A stretch of DNA of 64,000 nucleotides. It comes from Scyliorhinus canicula. Its lineage: Eukaryota. The notes beneath the pieces are model-generated. The model had not been told where the DNA came from. It saw nothing but the letters and a program-made list of their open reading frames with translations, and made no database searches. This document shows positions 1 through 11,954 of the stretch, in pieces. Every line of letters begins with the position of its first letter. Positions within the stretch are counted from its first letter, which is position 1. The stretch covers positions 861,072-925,071 of the forward strand of contig NW_024055447.1 of NCBI RefSeq assembly GCF_902713615.1, written 5' to 3'. Made by a program: the position numbers and the translations under genes.

Positions 1-724
1 CTGAATTGTTACTTCAGTAGACTCAACTGATACTAACCAGAACTAGCTCCTGTTTGTATTACCTGAGCCACTGTCTCAGTTATTGCTTTACCTGAAGCTG
101 CCACGTTCCTCAGGGTAGTGGTCTGGGCCCAACCATCTCCAGCTGCTTCATGAATGGCCTATTGTCCATCACAAGGACAAAAGTGAGGATGTTCGCTGGT
201 GACTGCACAATGTTCAACACCGTTTGTGACTCATTAGATGCAATCCATGTCAGAATGCAGCAAGATCTGGACTATATTCAGGCTTGGCCTAACAAGTGGC
301 GTGGAGGCAGTGGCCCGATCTCACAAGAGAAGATCGAGCCATCTCCCCTTGACATTCAATGGCATTACAACGGAATCCCCAGTATTAACATCCAGGGGCT
401 GCCGTTGACAGGAAACTGAACTGGTGAACTCGCTGAACTAGCCATATAAATACTGTTGCGACCTGAATAGGTGAAAAGCGAGGAATCCTTCTGCAAGTAA
501 CTCACTTCCTTACTCCCCAAAGCCTGTCCGCCATCTACAGGGCACAAGTCAGGAGTGTAATGGAATACTCTCCACTTGTCTGGATTAGTGCAGCTCCAAC
601 AACACTCGAGAAGCTCTCCATCCAGGAGAGAGCAGTCCCCTTGATTGCTAACCCTTCTAAAAACATTAAATCAATCCGCACCGACGAATAATGGCAGCTT
701 TCTGCCCCCACATAAAAGATGCAA
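1..724. repeat. Duplicated block, copy 1 (unique flank plus degenerate LINE fragment); paralog of 11955-12720
   Basis: tgaattgttacttcagtagact...gaagctgccacgttcctcagggtagtggtctgggcccaacc...ataaaagatgca is shared with 11955-12720; ORFs 150..419 and 12104..12403 both begin MNGLLSITRTKVRMF. Confidence 0.85.
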
Positions 725-747
725 AAGATACAGAAGTCTGAGAACAC

Positions 748-1015
748 GCACGAACAGACTCAAAAACACCTTCTTCCCCGTTTTTACCAGACTCCTAAAT
801 TACCTTCTAATAGACTGACCTCATTAACACTACACCCCTGTATGCTTCATCCGATGCCGGTCTTTACGTAGTTACATTGTGTCCCTCGTGTTGCCCTATT
901 ATGTCATTTATTTTATTTTGTTTTATTTTGTTTTCACGAACTTAATCATCGGCTTGTACAAAAATACTTTTCACTGTACCTCGGTACACGTGACAATAAA
1001 CAAATCCATCCAGTC
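748..1015 (+). mobile_element. Short LINE 3'-end fragment (L2/Rex-like)
   Basis: cacgaacagactcaaaaaca...cacgtgacaataaacaaatcc; the same element recurs at ~23518-23775 and ~62220-62455. Family assignment is tentative. Confidence 0.6.
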
Positions 1016-1169
1016 ATCCACATTCAGCACTTGTATTTTCTTCCTTCAAGACTGTTTATTTCAGGTGAACCGAAGGTAAAAATCAATCTCACATCAATTA
1101 GGGATCAAGCTGTGTGTATTTTCTCGTCACACTCTGATCATCAGAATGTAATAAACATTTGTGGATAAG

Positions 1170-1262
1170 TAGGTGGCGTCAGACCAATCAGATCCAACTC
1201 ACCCAGCTCTTCCGCTCATTTGGTCCGTAGGTAGTGACATCAGAGCATCCTCAGCCAATGCT
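1170..1262 (+). promoter_or_regulatory. Putative promoter of the + strand TCR V pseudogene
   Basis: AGTGACATCA at 1233-1242 matches the TCR V promoter decamer AGTGAYRTCA; a CRE-like TGGCGTCA and CCAAT motifs lie nearby, as in the promoters of the other V segments. Confidence 0.5.
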
Positions 1263-1342
1263 GTCAGCTTGATCTTGTTGCGTATTCGGCAGGATTCTGA
1301 GACAGAATTAGTCCCTGGAATCCAGGACCAGCAGGAATTCAG

Positions 1343-1382
1343 ATCCCCGTTCCCGCTGTGATCTGGGTACCATTCATTGATG
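1343..1382 (+). pseudogene. Possible degenerate leader exon of TCR V1 (no in-frame ATG)
   Basis: Phase-1 donor G|GTAAGA at 1382/1383 downstream of the decamer; reads IPVPAVIWVPFIDG with ATC where ATG is expected; in-frame stop at 1298-1300. Confidence 0.3.
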
Positions 1383-1689
1383 GTAAGACATTTAAAAAAA
1401 ATTTAAACTTAATTCCTGGAGCAATAAATTTGGAAATCAGTAGACCCGTGTAAAACCAGTATCGGACCTCCCTGAGAGCACACGAGTCTATGCCCCAGTC
1501 TCTTCCTTGCAGGAGTTTATGTTGGCAAAGCATGCACTATTTAGAGTGACGGCAACGAATTGGAGGATGGCATCTATCAGAAAGCAATGTAAATGCTCTG
1601 GGTTTTTTTCTGTACTAAGGGGAAGTCAACCTTGATGTCCCTACAATGATAATTCCACAGGTTCTACATCTCGATGCCAGAAATCGTTT

Positions 1690-1906
1690 TTTTTTAATTT
1701 AGAGTAGCCAATTGTTTGATTCCAATTAAGGGGTAATTTAGCATGGCCAATCCACCTGACCTGCACATCCTTGGGTTGTGGGGGTGAAACCCAAGCAGAC
1801 ATGGGGAGAATGTGCAAATTCCACATGGACAGTGACCCAGTGCCGTGTTCGAACTTGCGTCCTCAGCGCCGCAGTCCCAGTGCTAACCACTGCGCCACAT
1901 GCCGCC
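1690..1906 (-). mobile_element. tRNA-derived SINE (HE1-like shark SINE)
   Basis: Reverse complement of gggcggcatgtggcgcagtggttagcactgggactgcggcgctgaggacgcaagttcgaa..., with A/B-box-like head; homologous to copies at 15945 and 28674. Confidence 0.85.
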
Positions 1907-2249
1907 CTGGTGCCAGAAATCTAAGCACCACCAAATTCTGTAACTGGGAGATCAGGAGTAACCAGTTGAGAAAGAGAGTCGGTAAAATGTGGCTCAAATT
2001 GACAAAAGGAAGAGCTCAGGAGCGGAATAAAGATATTTAAAGGGAAACTAGATAAACAGTTGAGTGAGAAAGGGACGGAGGGATTTGCTGATACAATGAG
2101 ATGAGGAGAGACAGAGGATTCTCCTGAGGATTGTAAACACTGACATGAAGCAATCTGTCCGAATCAGCTTTCTTGTACTCTAAATTCTATCTATTTGTAT
2201 GTTACACCGACCGAATGTTCACTCAGTTCAGTTCAGTTGAATTTTTAAT

Positions 2250-3640
2250 AAGACCATAAGACATAGGAGTGGAAGTAAGGCCATTCGGCCCATCGAGTCC
2301 ACTCCACCATTCAATCATGGTTGATTTCAACTCCATTTACCCGCTCTCTCCCCATAGCCCTTAATTCCTCGAGAAATCAAGAATTTATCAATTTCTGTCT
2401 TAAAGACACTCAATGTCCCGGCCTCCACCGCCCTCTGTGGCAATGAATTCCACAGACCTACCACTCTCTGGCTGAAGAAATTTCTCCTCATCTCTGTTCT
2501 AAAGTGACTCCCTTTTATTCTAAGGCTGTGCCCCCGCGTCCTAGTCTCCCCTGCTAATGGAAACAACTTCCCTACGTCCATCCTATCAAAGCCATTCATT
2601 ATCTTGTAAGTTTCTATTAGATCTCCCCTCAACCTCCTAAACTCCAATGAATATAACCCCACGATCCTCAGACGTTCATCGTATGTTAGGCCTACCATTC
2701 CTGGGATCATCCGTGTGAATCTCCGCTGGACCCGCTCCAGTGCCAGTATGTTCCTCCTGAGGTATGGGGCCCAAAATTGCTCACAATATTCTAAATGGGG
2801 CCTAACTAGTGCTTTATAAAGCCTCAGAAGTACATCCCTGCTTTAATATTCCAAGCCTCTTGAGATAAATGACAACATTACATTTGCTTTTTTAATTACG
2901 GACTCAACCTGCAAGTTTACCTTTAGAGAATCCTGGACTAGGACTCCCAAGTCCCTTTGCACTTTAGCATTATGAATTTTGTCACCGTTTAGAAAATAGT
3001 CCATGCCTCTATTCTTTTTTCCAAAGTGCAAGACCTCGCACTTGCCCACGTTGAATTTCATCAGCCACTTCTTGGACCATTCTCCTAAACTGTCTAAATC
3101 TTTCTGCAGCCTCCCCACCTCCTCAATACTACCTGCCCCTCCACCTATCTTTGTATCATCGGCAAACTTGGCCAGAATGCCCCCAGTCCCGTCATCTAGA
3201 TCGTTAATATATAAAGAGAATAGCTGTGGCCCCAACACTGAACCCTGCGAGACACCACTTGTCACCGGTTGCCATTCCGAAAAAGAACCTTTTATCCTAA
3301 CTCTCTGCCTTCTGTCTGACAGCCAATCGTCAATCCATGTTAGTACCTTGCCTCGAATACCATGGGCCCTTATTTTACTCAGCAGTCTCCCGTGAGGCAC
3401 CTTGTCAAAGGCCTTTTGGAAGTCAAGATAGATAACATCCATTGGCTCTCCTTGGTCTAACCTATTTGTTATCTCTTCAAAGAACTCTAACAGGTTTGTC
3501 AGGCACGAACTCCCCTTACTAAATCCATGCTGACTTGTCCTAATCCGACCCTGCACTTCCAAGAATTTAGAAATCTCATCCTTAACGATGGATTCTAGAA
3601 TTTTGCCAACAACCGAGGTTAGGCTAATTGGCCTATAATC
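2250..3640 (-). mobile_element. CR1-type LINE, 5'-truncated (RT domain and 3' end)
   Basis: ORF 2843..3562 has [23 protein letters not shown] and FADDTK; ORF 2327..2710 has the CR1 C-terminus (YSLEFRRLRGDLIETYKI, FFSQRVVGLWNSLP). Confidence 0.95.
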
Positions 3641-3674
3641 AATGATTTCCGCTTTCTATAACCGTATGTTGCAG

Positions 3675-3975
3675 GTCTGAGCGATGGAGATTCTGTTACT
3701 CAGCGGGAATCCTCACTCACACAGACAGAGGGAGAAGATGTCACTCTAACCTGCACCTACACCGACGGTGCTGTATATTATTCTGGTACCGGCAGTACCC
3801 AGGCAGACAGCTTCAGTTTATGATCCAGAAGAACACGGGCATCGGTTCTGAATTGAAGGCGGATTTCGCTCAAGGCTGGTTTTCTGATGAAGTTCTGCAG
3901 TCCGACAAGTTGTACGGATTGACCATCCCAGAGCTGCGGCTGTCTGACACCGCGGTCTATTACTGTGCACAGTCT
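3675..3975 (+). pseudogene. TRAV/TRDV: TCR alpha/delta-type V exon (V1), frameshifted
   Basis: Acceptor ttgcag| at 3674; GLSDGDSVTQRESSLTQTEGEDVTLTCTYTDGAVY, then a frame change at ~3780 to FWYRQYPGRQLQFMIQK...ELRLSDTAVYYCAQS. The 5' codons and the FWYRQ codons are in different frames. Confidence 0.9.
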
Positions 3976-4014
3976 CACAGTGATGGTAAGGAGGGAAAGC
4001 CTGGGACAAAAACT
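3976..4014 (+). other. 23-RSS of V1
   Basis: CACAGTG (3976-3982), 23-nt spacer, ACAAAAACT (4006-4014). Confidence 0.97.
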
Positions 4015-5164
4015 GCCGCAGGTTTCTGGGTCACAGCTGCTGTCTGTTGAGAGCTGTTTATAACAGCGGCTCAGACACTGACACCTGAATACATTCATGT
4101 GCGCACAGACCATGGGCACAATCCATATAAACACCATCTAAAATCGTTCACATGGAAGACAGAATCAGTCCGATTATTGCATTTACTGAGAGCAGAATGA
4201 GTTGATGCTGATACGGGGATATCTGAGAACTCGCCACAACCATTGAGAAAGTAAACTGCAGGTGGCCGGGAGCCTTTTATATCCCTGACGGCTGTTCAGG
4301 AAATCTCTGAGGGACAATGTATTTTTGGTTTGAAATATCAGTCGATAGTGAAATCCAATAACCTCTGCTGAGGAAAATCTTCATATGTTTTATAATAACC
4401 CGATTAAACACCTCTCAGTGTTACTGTCACTGACACGTATTAAAACTGAGAATCCTTAACATTGCTGAAAAAATACATTTTTCTGTTTCCCCTGACATTG
4501 CTGTTCTTACCATTGTCCTGATGATTACAAGACGAAAAATGTCGACAATTATTTTTAGCAATGCTCAGATCTGCGCTGCCGAACAACCAATCCTCAATAC
4601 AGAAAAGGTACAGAGGTTATTTTCCGGACATGATTAGAAATTGATGAACAATGATTCGTGCGTAAATTATCCATAAGAACAGTTTTGGCGTGTTCTAGGC
4701 ATTGGGGCTGATGGTAATAAAACCAAATGACTGCAAAAACCAAATGGAAAAGGACGTCAGAGCGTTTTCCATCAGCACCAGAATCGCTCTGGGAAATCAG
4801 AACACATCGGGTAAGGCTTTCTGCACAAACAATTTGTCCATTTGATCTGAGCTCCCCTCCGTTTTATATACCCGCTGCTGCATTTACCTGGTGTGTGAAA
4901 GATATCAATGTCAAAAAAGACACCATTATCACAATGTCAATGCCAAATCAGCATTTTTGTCACAATATTTCAATTTGGAAACCGAAATAAATACTCAAAT
5001 ATTTAGGATGTAAAATAAGCAGAAAAAACCATCCCGAGCGCTGCATCGGTTGCTCTCTGCTTGTAATAATTTGGGTTTAATTCAATCAGAAATATCTGCT
5101 GATGCATTCATAAAGCCCAGTTTTCCCCCATCTGCCCGCTATTCTCTTTGTCACACTGTGGCAG

Positions 5165-5203
5165 TGTTTTTGTACGAGGCCGCCTCTGGTTGCTGTCACT
5201 GTG
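5165..5203 (-). other. 23-RSS of V2
   Basis: Minus strand: CACAGTG (5203-5197), 23-nt spacer, ACAAAAACA (5173-5165). Confidence 0.97.
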
Positions 5204-5705
5204 TCTCTCAATCCGCAGTAATACACCGCGCTGTCAGACAGCCGCAGCTCCCGGATGGTGAAATTCCCCTCACTTTTCGTAATGTCCAGAGATGCAGAAA
5301 ATCGAGACTCCAGGCCCACTGCTCTGAAAATATCTCCGTATTTCGGGATGTAGATCAAAAATGTGGGTGCTTTACGCCGGCCCTGTCGGTACAGCTGTAA
5401 TGAATATGAAGTAGCTGTGGTCGAATAGCTGAAATTGATGGTCAGCGAGTCTCCATCACACATTGTCGTTGTAACCGGCTCTTGTGAGACCGAGTCCGCA
5501 CTTCTAACACCTGCAGAAATTTACAAATAGAAGAGTTTTATTTTTTTCATTATCACGATGTTATCAATTGACATAATACATTGCAAACTTAGGCGAGGCG
5601 CATTTTAATGGATAATTCCAATATCGGTATCACGAGCAAAGTGTGGAACTTACCAGTTAAGACAGCTGCAGCTGCCAGCAATGTGTAAAAGGTAACAGCC
5701 AACAT
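5204..5705 (-). CDS. TRAV/TRDV: TCR alpha/delta-type V segment (V2): leader 5705-5654, V exon 5510-5204; open frame but Cys23->Phe and Trp41->Leu
   Basis: Leader MLAVTFYTLLAAAAVLT with G|GTAAGT donor and ctgcag| acceptor; V reads GVRSADSVSQEPVTTTMCDGDSLTINFSYS...LQLYRQ...ELRLSDSAVYYCGLRD. Confidence 0.9.
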
Positions 5706-5839
5706 GTTCACTGAGCTGGTGGTGGATTCAAGCAGAGTGAATTAAAGCTGAATTGTTTCAGGTAAGAGTTGACAAGATGTTGAGCCATATCCCACCTCGC
5801 TACTGATTGGTTCATTCCTGACAGACTGAAAAGGCGACA

Positions 5840-5918
5840 CCCAATCAGCCCTCAGCTACTGTGTCCTACATTTCAACCAATCAGCTCAAAGTTTTTTGTT
5901 CTCAAACCTATGACGTCA
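5840..5918 (-). promoter_or_regulatory. V2 promoter with palindromic CRE
   Basis: TGACGTCA at 5911-5918, ~205 bp upstream of the ATG, with CCAATCAGC motifs between it and the ATG. Confidence 0.6.
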
Positions 5919-6204
5919 GAACAAGGAGCCTGGAACCACATGAAACTGTTCTCAGAACAATGAACTGAACTGAAGAATTTCAGAGAACAAGAAATAGGAG
6001 CAGCAGTGGTTTATTTGCTCCTTCACTTGTGTCTGCTCCGCCATGCAATAAGATCCTGGCTAATCTATATCACATCCACCTTCCTGCACTATCCAAAAAT
6101 GTCGCATTTACCTTAATATCCGCAGATCCATTTGAACTCTCCTTGAAGAAACTGACGAAACTGGAGGACTGAACAACTACGTTCCTAATAGACGTTCTGG
6201 GTTC

Positions 6205-6370
6205 GTTTAACACACTGGGTTAAACAGCTGGCTTGTAATGCAGAACAAGCCCGCGCGGGTTCAATTCCGGCACAGGCCTCCTCGGAAAAGCTCCGGATTG
6301 TGGGGATTAGCCACTTTTCACAGTGACTTCACTGAAGCCTACTAGTGACAATCAGCAATTATTATTAAAT
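6205..6370 (+). mobile_element. SINE (second family, ...cttttcacagtaacttcattgaagcctac... tail)
   Basis: Homologous to 47606-47791 and 33150-33330. Confidence 0.7.
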
Positions 6371-6653
6371 CACATTTTGGTTCTTTATCGGGGTTAATAT
6401 TTGAGGTGGGACACGGATTGACAACAGTTCATGCTGTTTTGATAAGAGAACGAAAGTTCCCCATTTAAAGATCAGCTCGGAAACCAGGAAAACTACCGTA
6501 AATTGCGATTTTACAGAGAATGAAAAAACATTCAGCACCATAGAAAGAGATCATCTGGGCAAGCTGTTATTTCTAATATAGTTTTGATTGTACTAACACT
6601 TCTCAACCCAGGTGTCAGATCGGTTTAGTGAGAGGAGGTGAGAGTGCCTTACC

Positions 6654-6692
6654 GGTTTTTGTACGAACTGACTGGGTCCCTGTAACAATGTG
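6654..6692 (-). other. 23-RSS of V3
   Basis: Minus strand: CACATTG (6692-6686), 23-nt spacer, ACAAAAACC (6662-6654). Confidence 0.93.
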
Positions 6693-7130
6693 GGGCTCAG
6701 AGCACAGAGATACACGGCAGAGTCAGAGACACGGACTTCGGTGATATTTAAAGGAACTATTTTCTTATCCTTGTCCAAATCAGCAGAAAATCGGTCTGGG
6801 AAATCGGAAGACCTTTCTCCGTTTCCCGTGCTATATTTCTTCAGTAGGTATCTCGGAGCTTCTCCTGGATACTGAATGTACCAGAAGAGATTCTGGTCAG
6901 TATATTTTGCTTTGTAACTGCAGTTCAATATTGCAGTTTGTCCTTCCAGAACCGTTAATTCAGGTGGATCCTGGGAAGCTGAATCTTGGCTTCTGGTTCC
7001 TGTAACGACATATAGAATGTGTCAGAAATCTGGGAGTAAATATAACGCATGAAAGATAGACTGAGGATTTGAGTTCAGACTCACCGGACAGCAAGGCCAT
7101 TATTATCAGTAAAGCAGACAGGGAGCACAT
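6693..7130 (-). CDS. TRAV/TRDV: TCR alpha/delta-type V segment (V3), intact: leader 7130-7085, V exon 6999-6693
   Basis: Leader MCSLSALLIIMALLS with G|GTGAGT donor, 85-nt intron; V reads GTRSQDSASQDPPELTVLEGQTAILNCSY...LFWYIQYPGEAPRYLL...RVSDSAVYLCALSP with Cys, Trp and Cys present. Confidence 0.95.
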
Positions 7131-7249
7131 GGTTCCTTATAGGAGAATAAATAGAGGCACTGCTTTAAATATGTCGCTGCTTCGAGCCTAATATCAAAGT
7201 GTAAACTCTGATCAACTCTTGGGAAACTGAGAGGCGTCTCTCAGTGCTG

Positions 7250-7295
7250 CGATTGGCTGGTCTCTCAGCTCTGACGTCAGCTGTGGACCAATCAC
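7250..7295 (-). promoter_or_regulatory. V3 promoter: CRE flanked by CCAAT motifs
   Basis: TGACGTCA at 7272-7279 between an ATTGG and a CCAAT motif, ~140 bp upstream of the ATG. Confidence 0.65.
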
Positions 7296-7991
7296 TGTCA
7301 GCTGGGGATTTATTGCGGCTGGTTCTCTCCAATCACATTCCAATCCTGACTGTGTGTTTTGGTCTTTCTCACTCACTTTCTCTGTGTCACATTATCAGTC
7401 ATTCTGCTTCTTTCTCCGTTTAAATCGTTTTGCTTCGATCTCAGTGTTTACATCCTTCCTGAGGTAAATCTTTTTCTCTAATTAAGGTGAAAGATTAAAT
7501 AAATATCTTAAAATCAGTCAAGTGCCATTCAGTACATGAATATAATTAATAATTATTGTGTTAAGGGTACAGTGGATAAATAGTCAGCCAACTGTACACC
7601 ACGATGCGCTTCCACTAGGAACTTTTGTACCAGTAAAGTACTGATTTCAGTCAGTCATTGTTTGTACCCCAGGAAATTTAGAATGTGACAACTCTGAAAT
7701 TAAATCACTTTTAAAAGATGCCGCCTGATATATTTTCACCTGATCAAGAACGTTTAAAGTTACAGATATATTCAATTATTTACCCGGGAGATCTTCAGGT
7801 TTGTGCGAACCGGGTAGGGAAATTATAGAATTTATTCCTGGAATAATATAACATGATACAATTTCCAATAGTGACAATCATTGACCTCAGCGAGGGAAAA
7901 CCATTCAGATGGAGCTGCATTGTCTAGTTCGTTATCTGAAAATGTTCTATTGGAATTCCTGATAACGAGCACTTGATTGCCCACCTGCTCC

Positions 7992-8030
7992 AGTTTGTGT
8001 ATGAGTCCGGCCGGGCCCTCATCCACTGTG
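7992..8030 (-). other. 23-RSS of V4
   Basis: Minus strand: CACAGTG (8030-8024), 23-nt spacer, ACACAAACT (8000-7992). Confidence 0.95.
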
Positions 8031-8512
8031 GGTCTCAGCGCGCAATGATACACGGCGCTGTCTGTCATCTTCAAATCTGTCATGGACAAGTGAAAAGTGT
8101 TTTGTGTCGGGTTGTGTTTCCCGCTGAAGTGTTCAAAGCCGGGAACCGTCTCGTTATACCCAGAACTATCGGCTCTGAGCTGATACTGCGGAGCTTGGTC
8201 TGGATACTGGCGATACCAGAACAGGCCATAGTTTACAGCTGAACTCGATGCAGAGTAACTGCAGGGTATTGCTGAATCATCATCCTCTTCTGCATCGACT
8301 CTTTCTTCTGACTGGGACACTGAGTCTCCCTTACTCATCTCTGAAATATAGAAACGGCACAAAGCGGGTTAGAAGGAGTAAGGTGAGGAGGAGGAGTACC
8401 AGGAGATAGAAATAAGAACACTTTTGGCAATTGTAGGATTTAGTACAGAGGTTCAATATAACCAACCTGCGGTCAGGACAATAACCAGAGACAGGCAGAG
8501 TATCAGCCCCAT
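8031..8512 (-). CDS. TRAV/TRDV: TCR alpha/delta-type V segment (V4), intact: leader 8512-8467, V exon 8340-8031
   Basis: Leader MGLILCLSLVIVLTA with G|GTTGGT donor and tttcag| acceptor; V reads EMSKGDSVSQSEERVDAEEDDDSAIPCSYS...LFWYRQYPDQAPQY...LKMTDSAVYHCALRP. Confidence 0.95.
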
Positions 8513-10879
8513 GGTTCGAGTCTGAACTCCAGAAAGAGAGACAGTTTTCACTGACTGTACCAATCCTGTAATTGGAGACGATGAAAGATATAGGGAGATG
8601 TTGTGAGCGCGAATTCGATTTCTTCGCTCCGCCCACTTTCACGTCTTAAAGCAGTCGCTTCCTCTGGAACGGTTCTGTGATGTTTGATAAATGATCAGAG
8701 AGCGCCCTCCAGTGGACAGCAAAATCGTCTATTGGAAACACACACGGCCACGTGCAACGACATGTACGTAAAACATCTACACAGACACGCACAGACACTG
8801 GAATAAATTCCAACATGTGTTGACATGATTTTCGATTACATATTAGTCTCAATTGTCAACGATGAAAGTAAGTGAATAGGTCCACCTCCCGTGTTCAGCA
8901 GGAGACTCTGTTACAGCACAAAATCAACACAAACATAGACACAGAGACAAGTAAACACCGTGATAGATCCCCAAACTGATCTCTCAAACAGGCACACAGC
9001 CAACCATTAAAGTATATAAGCAACTAGATTAACATAGCCATAGAAACACAAAAGAGAAATACCGTCAGAGACACTATCAAAATCCTTGGACTTTTCAGAG
9101 TGAGCTTTCTAAAATGGAATTTCCTGAGGTTGGCAGTGTGGTAATATCGTGCTAGATAGTAATCCTGGGATGTATTTCTCATTAACCATGAGGATCGATT
9201 GATAAAAACGACGACACTGTGGGCTCTTTTGGAGAAAAGGTTTGAATGGATGGGTTTATATTTTGCAGACAGGTGCATTCTGGATGCATCCGTGATGTGA
9301 ATGAGGCCGGTGAGGATAGGATAGAAGCTGCACCCATTCCCGAGGTCTTGGATCGGATTTTAGGCAAAGATGTTGACAGCACAAGAAGACTGATTCCGTG
9401 GGCGGCCGGTAAGTGGGGTTCACGCGGACAGCGCCAATGCTCACAGGCAACTCATTGAAATCCCACTGTTGTTTTGATGCCGAAAGTCTCAGGGATTCTA
9501 TGTGTTAAAGGAAACCTGTCAAATTCTTCTCATTCTGTCTGTAAATTGGACATTCTGAATTCTCCCTCTGTGTACCCGAATAGGCGCCGGAGTGTGATGA
9601 CTAGGGGCGTTTCACAGTAACTTCATTGCAGTGTTAATGTAGGCCTACTTGTGACACTAATAATGTATATTGTTATGAAATGAAGCTAAAGCGTTAAGAA
9701 GGGATGATGTGGAGTCGAAATGAATACAGAGCAGTAAATGTTCATTTCCTTTTCAAGCAATGGAAATAATTAATCAGGATTTTAAGTTTGATTAATTTCA
9801 CTTCAGGTTTAGGTTATTAGGTCCATTCAATTGCTCAGATCATCACATTTCAACATGTGGTTCCCATAGCTGCACATTCCCCCGTTCAACTAAGGTAATC
9901 AGAAAAATAAATTAACAGCACTTGAGGCACTTTGCCATTTAGCTGACTTTAATCTACACTAATCTGCAATTAGCTGCAATTTGAATTCTGGGACCACCAG
10001 TGAAGGTGATGAACTGGTACATCAGTGGAAATGCTTTGTTGATAAATTAAGCCGTGCGAGGATTTATTAAGGGCAAATCGTGATTAATTAAGTTGTTTAA
10101 GTGTTCTGATGAGAAGCAGAGATGGTTGATCTGAGTATTGCTGTTGATGAACTTCCAAATAACATTTTATAATGTGCTGCAGCGCCACCTTGTGAGCAAC
10201 AATGGAGCTCCTGGGGTAAAATGGGCAGCAGCAAGATCGAAAGGAAATTTCCAGGAAACCATTAACAGTGTAGACCAGCTGTTTTTCGGAGTGAAGGGAG
10301 ATTTGTAGTGAATGTTCCAGGGATCAGCATTGCGGCATTTTATATGACATATTAATGACCTGGACCTTGTCTGAGAGGGGCGATTTTCAATATCTATGGA
10401 TGATATGAAATGTGACAACATTGCGAACCATCGGTCAGATAATGTACAACTTCAAAACAACAAGGACAGGTTTGTGGAAATGGCGGGAAATTGGCAGATT
10501 AAATTTAGTGCAGAAAAGTGTGAAATAATTCAAATATCCTGCAGAATGCAGAAAGGCAAAATAAAATAAAACAAATAATTCAGGATCGGAGGGAGCTTTG
10601 ACAAAGGGTCATCTGGACTCTTTTCTCTCCTTACAGATGCTATAATAATAATATTCACTGTCACAAGTAGGCTTACTTTTCAATGAAGTTACTGTGAGGA
10701 TTGCCAGACCTGCCGAAATTTTCCAGCATTTTCTCTTTTGGTTTTTGATTCCAGCATCCGCAGTAATTTGCTTTTATCAGAGAGACCTGTATGTATGTGT
10801 TGATAAATTACTGATGAGGGTAGGACAATTATAAGACCGGTCATTAAAACAATTAATGGGAATTATCAATGGGTATATA

Positions 10880-11335
10880 AACTACAGAGGTAAGAACATT
10901 ACGTTAAACTTGTATTAAATCCTGAACCTACTGAACTGAAGCATTGTGGGTATCACACTTCGGGGAGAATATGAGTCATTAGGGTGGGTGCAGAAAATGC
11001 TCACGGGAATGGCTCCAGAGATGAGCAACTTAATCTACGAAGATAGATTGGACAAGTTGCGACTATTCCCCTTGACCATTAGGTTACGAAGTGATCTGAC
11101 GGAGATATTCAAAATCATGAGGGCTCTAGACAGAGTAGATATGGAGGAACCTATCCCACTGGTGAGAGGGCCGAGTACCTGAGGTCACAGATTGAAGGAA
11201 TTGGAGAAATAAGCATGGAGACATGAGGACAAACAGTTTCAACCAGTGAATGGTTAGGATATGGACCGGACTGTCTGTTTGTGTGGTGGTGGTAGGGTTT
11301 ATTGATGCTTTCAAAGCAGAATTAGATTATAATCT
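10880..11335 (+). mobile_element. Degenerate CR1 3'-end fragment
   Basis: ORF 10946..11182 (YEDRLDKLRLFPL...RLRSDLTEIFKIMRALDRVD) matches the CR1 ORF2 C-terminus. Confidence 0.7.
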
Positions 11336-11954
11336 CAAAATGAAAAACAATGCTGGAGTACGGGGAAAATAATGGCATTCCGCAAATTGCATCATTAGAG
11401 GGCCGACGCATATATGTCGGTCCAAACGGCCTTTTTCTCTACTTAAAACACCCTCTGACTATGTTTAATGGGAACGGCAGTGGATTAGCTAGCATGTCAC
11501 TGGGCCAGTAATTGAGATGCCCAGCCTCAGTCACTGAGGCCGTGTTCAAATCCTGCTGCAGCTGACAGTGTGCTTGAAAAATGCAAATAGAATGGCCCTG
11601 TAACTTACCAGGTAACATGGTGAACAAACGCTAGCCTTTCCTGTGAGGCCCACGTCTAGTGAAATATATTTTTAAAGTCAATAACTGCAATAGCAAGGTT
11701 TGGCCAGTTGATGGCAGTGACACCGTGATTGCTGACATTACATGAAGCAGAGAATTTCTCAATTGTGACTGCCAAGGACCCTGGATACTGTCTCTTATAT
11801 TAGGTTAGGTCAGGTTCCTGATTTTATGACAGCAGTTCTTAGTTGTTACTGTGGTCAATCTCAGCTGTTAACATGATAAACTAAGGCCCATTTTATATTA
11901 CACTGTATTGAGGAGGTTACGATAGCATGCAATCGGTTATTATAATGTCCATTT

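Noticed and set aside
3675-8512. NAR-TCR V, NAR-TCR-supporting Vdelta or TAILV identity for the V segments
   Set aside because: V2-V4 have their own leaders and standard alpha/delta framework motifs; no CDR1 cysteine, IgNAR-like V or adjacent D-J minicluster was seen.
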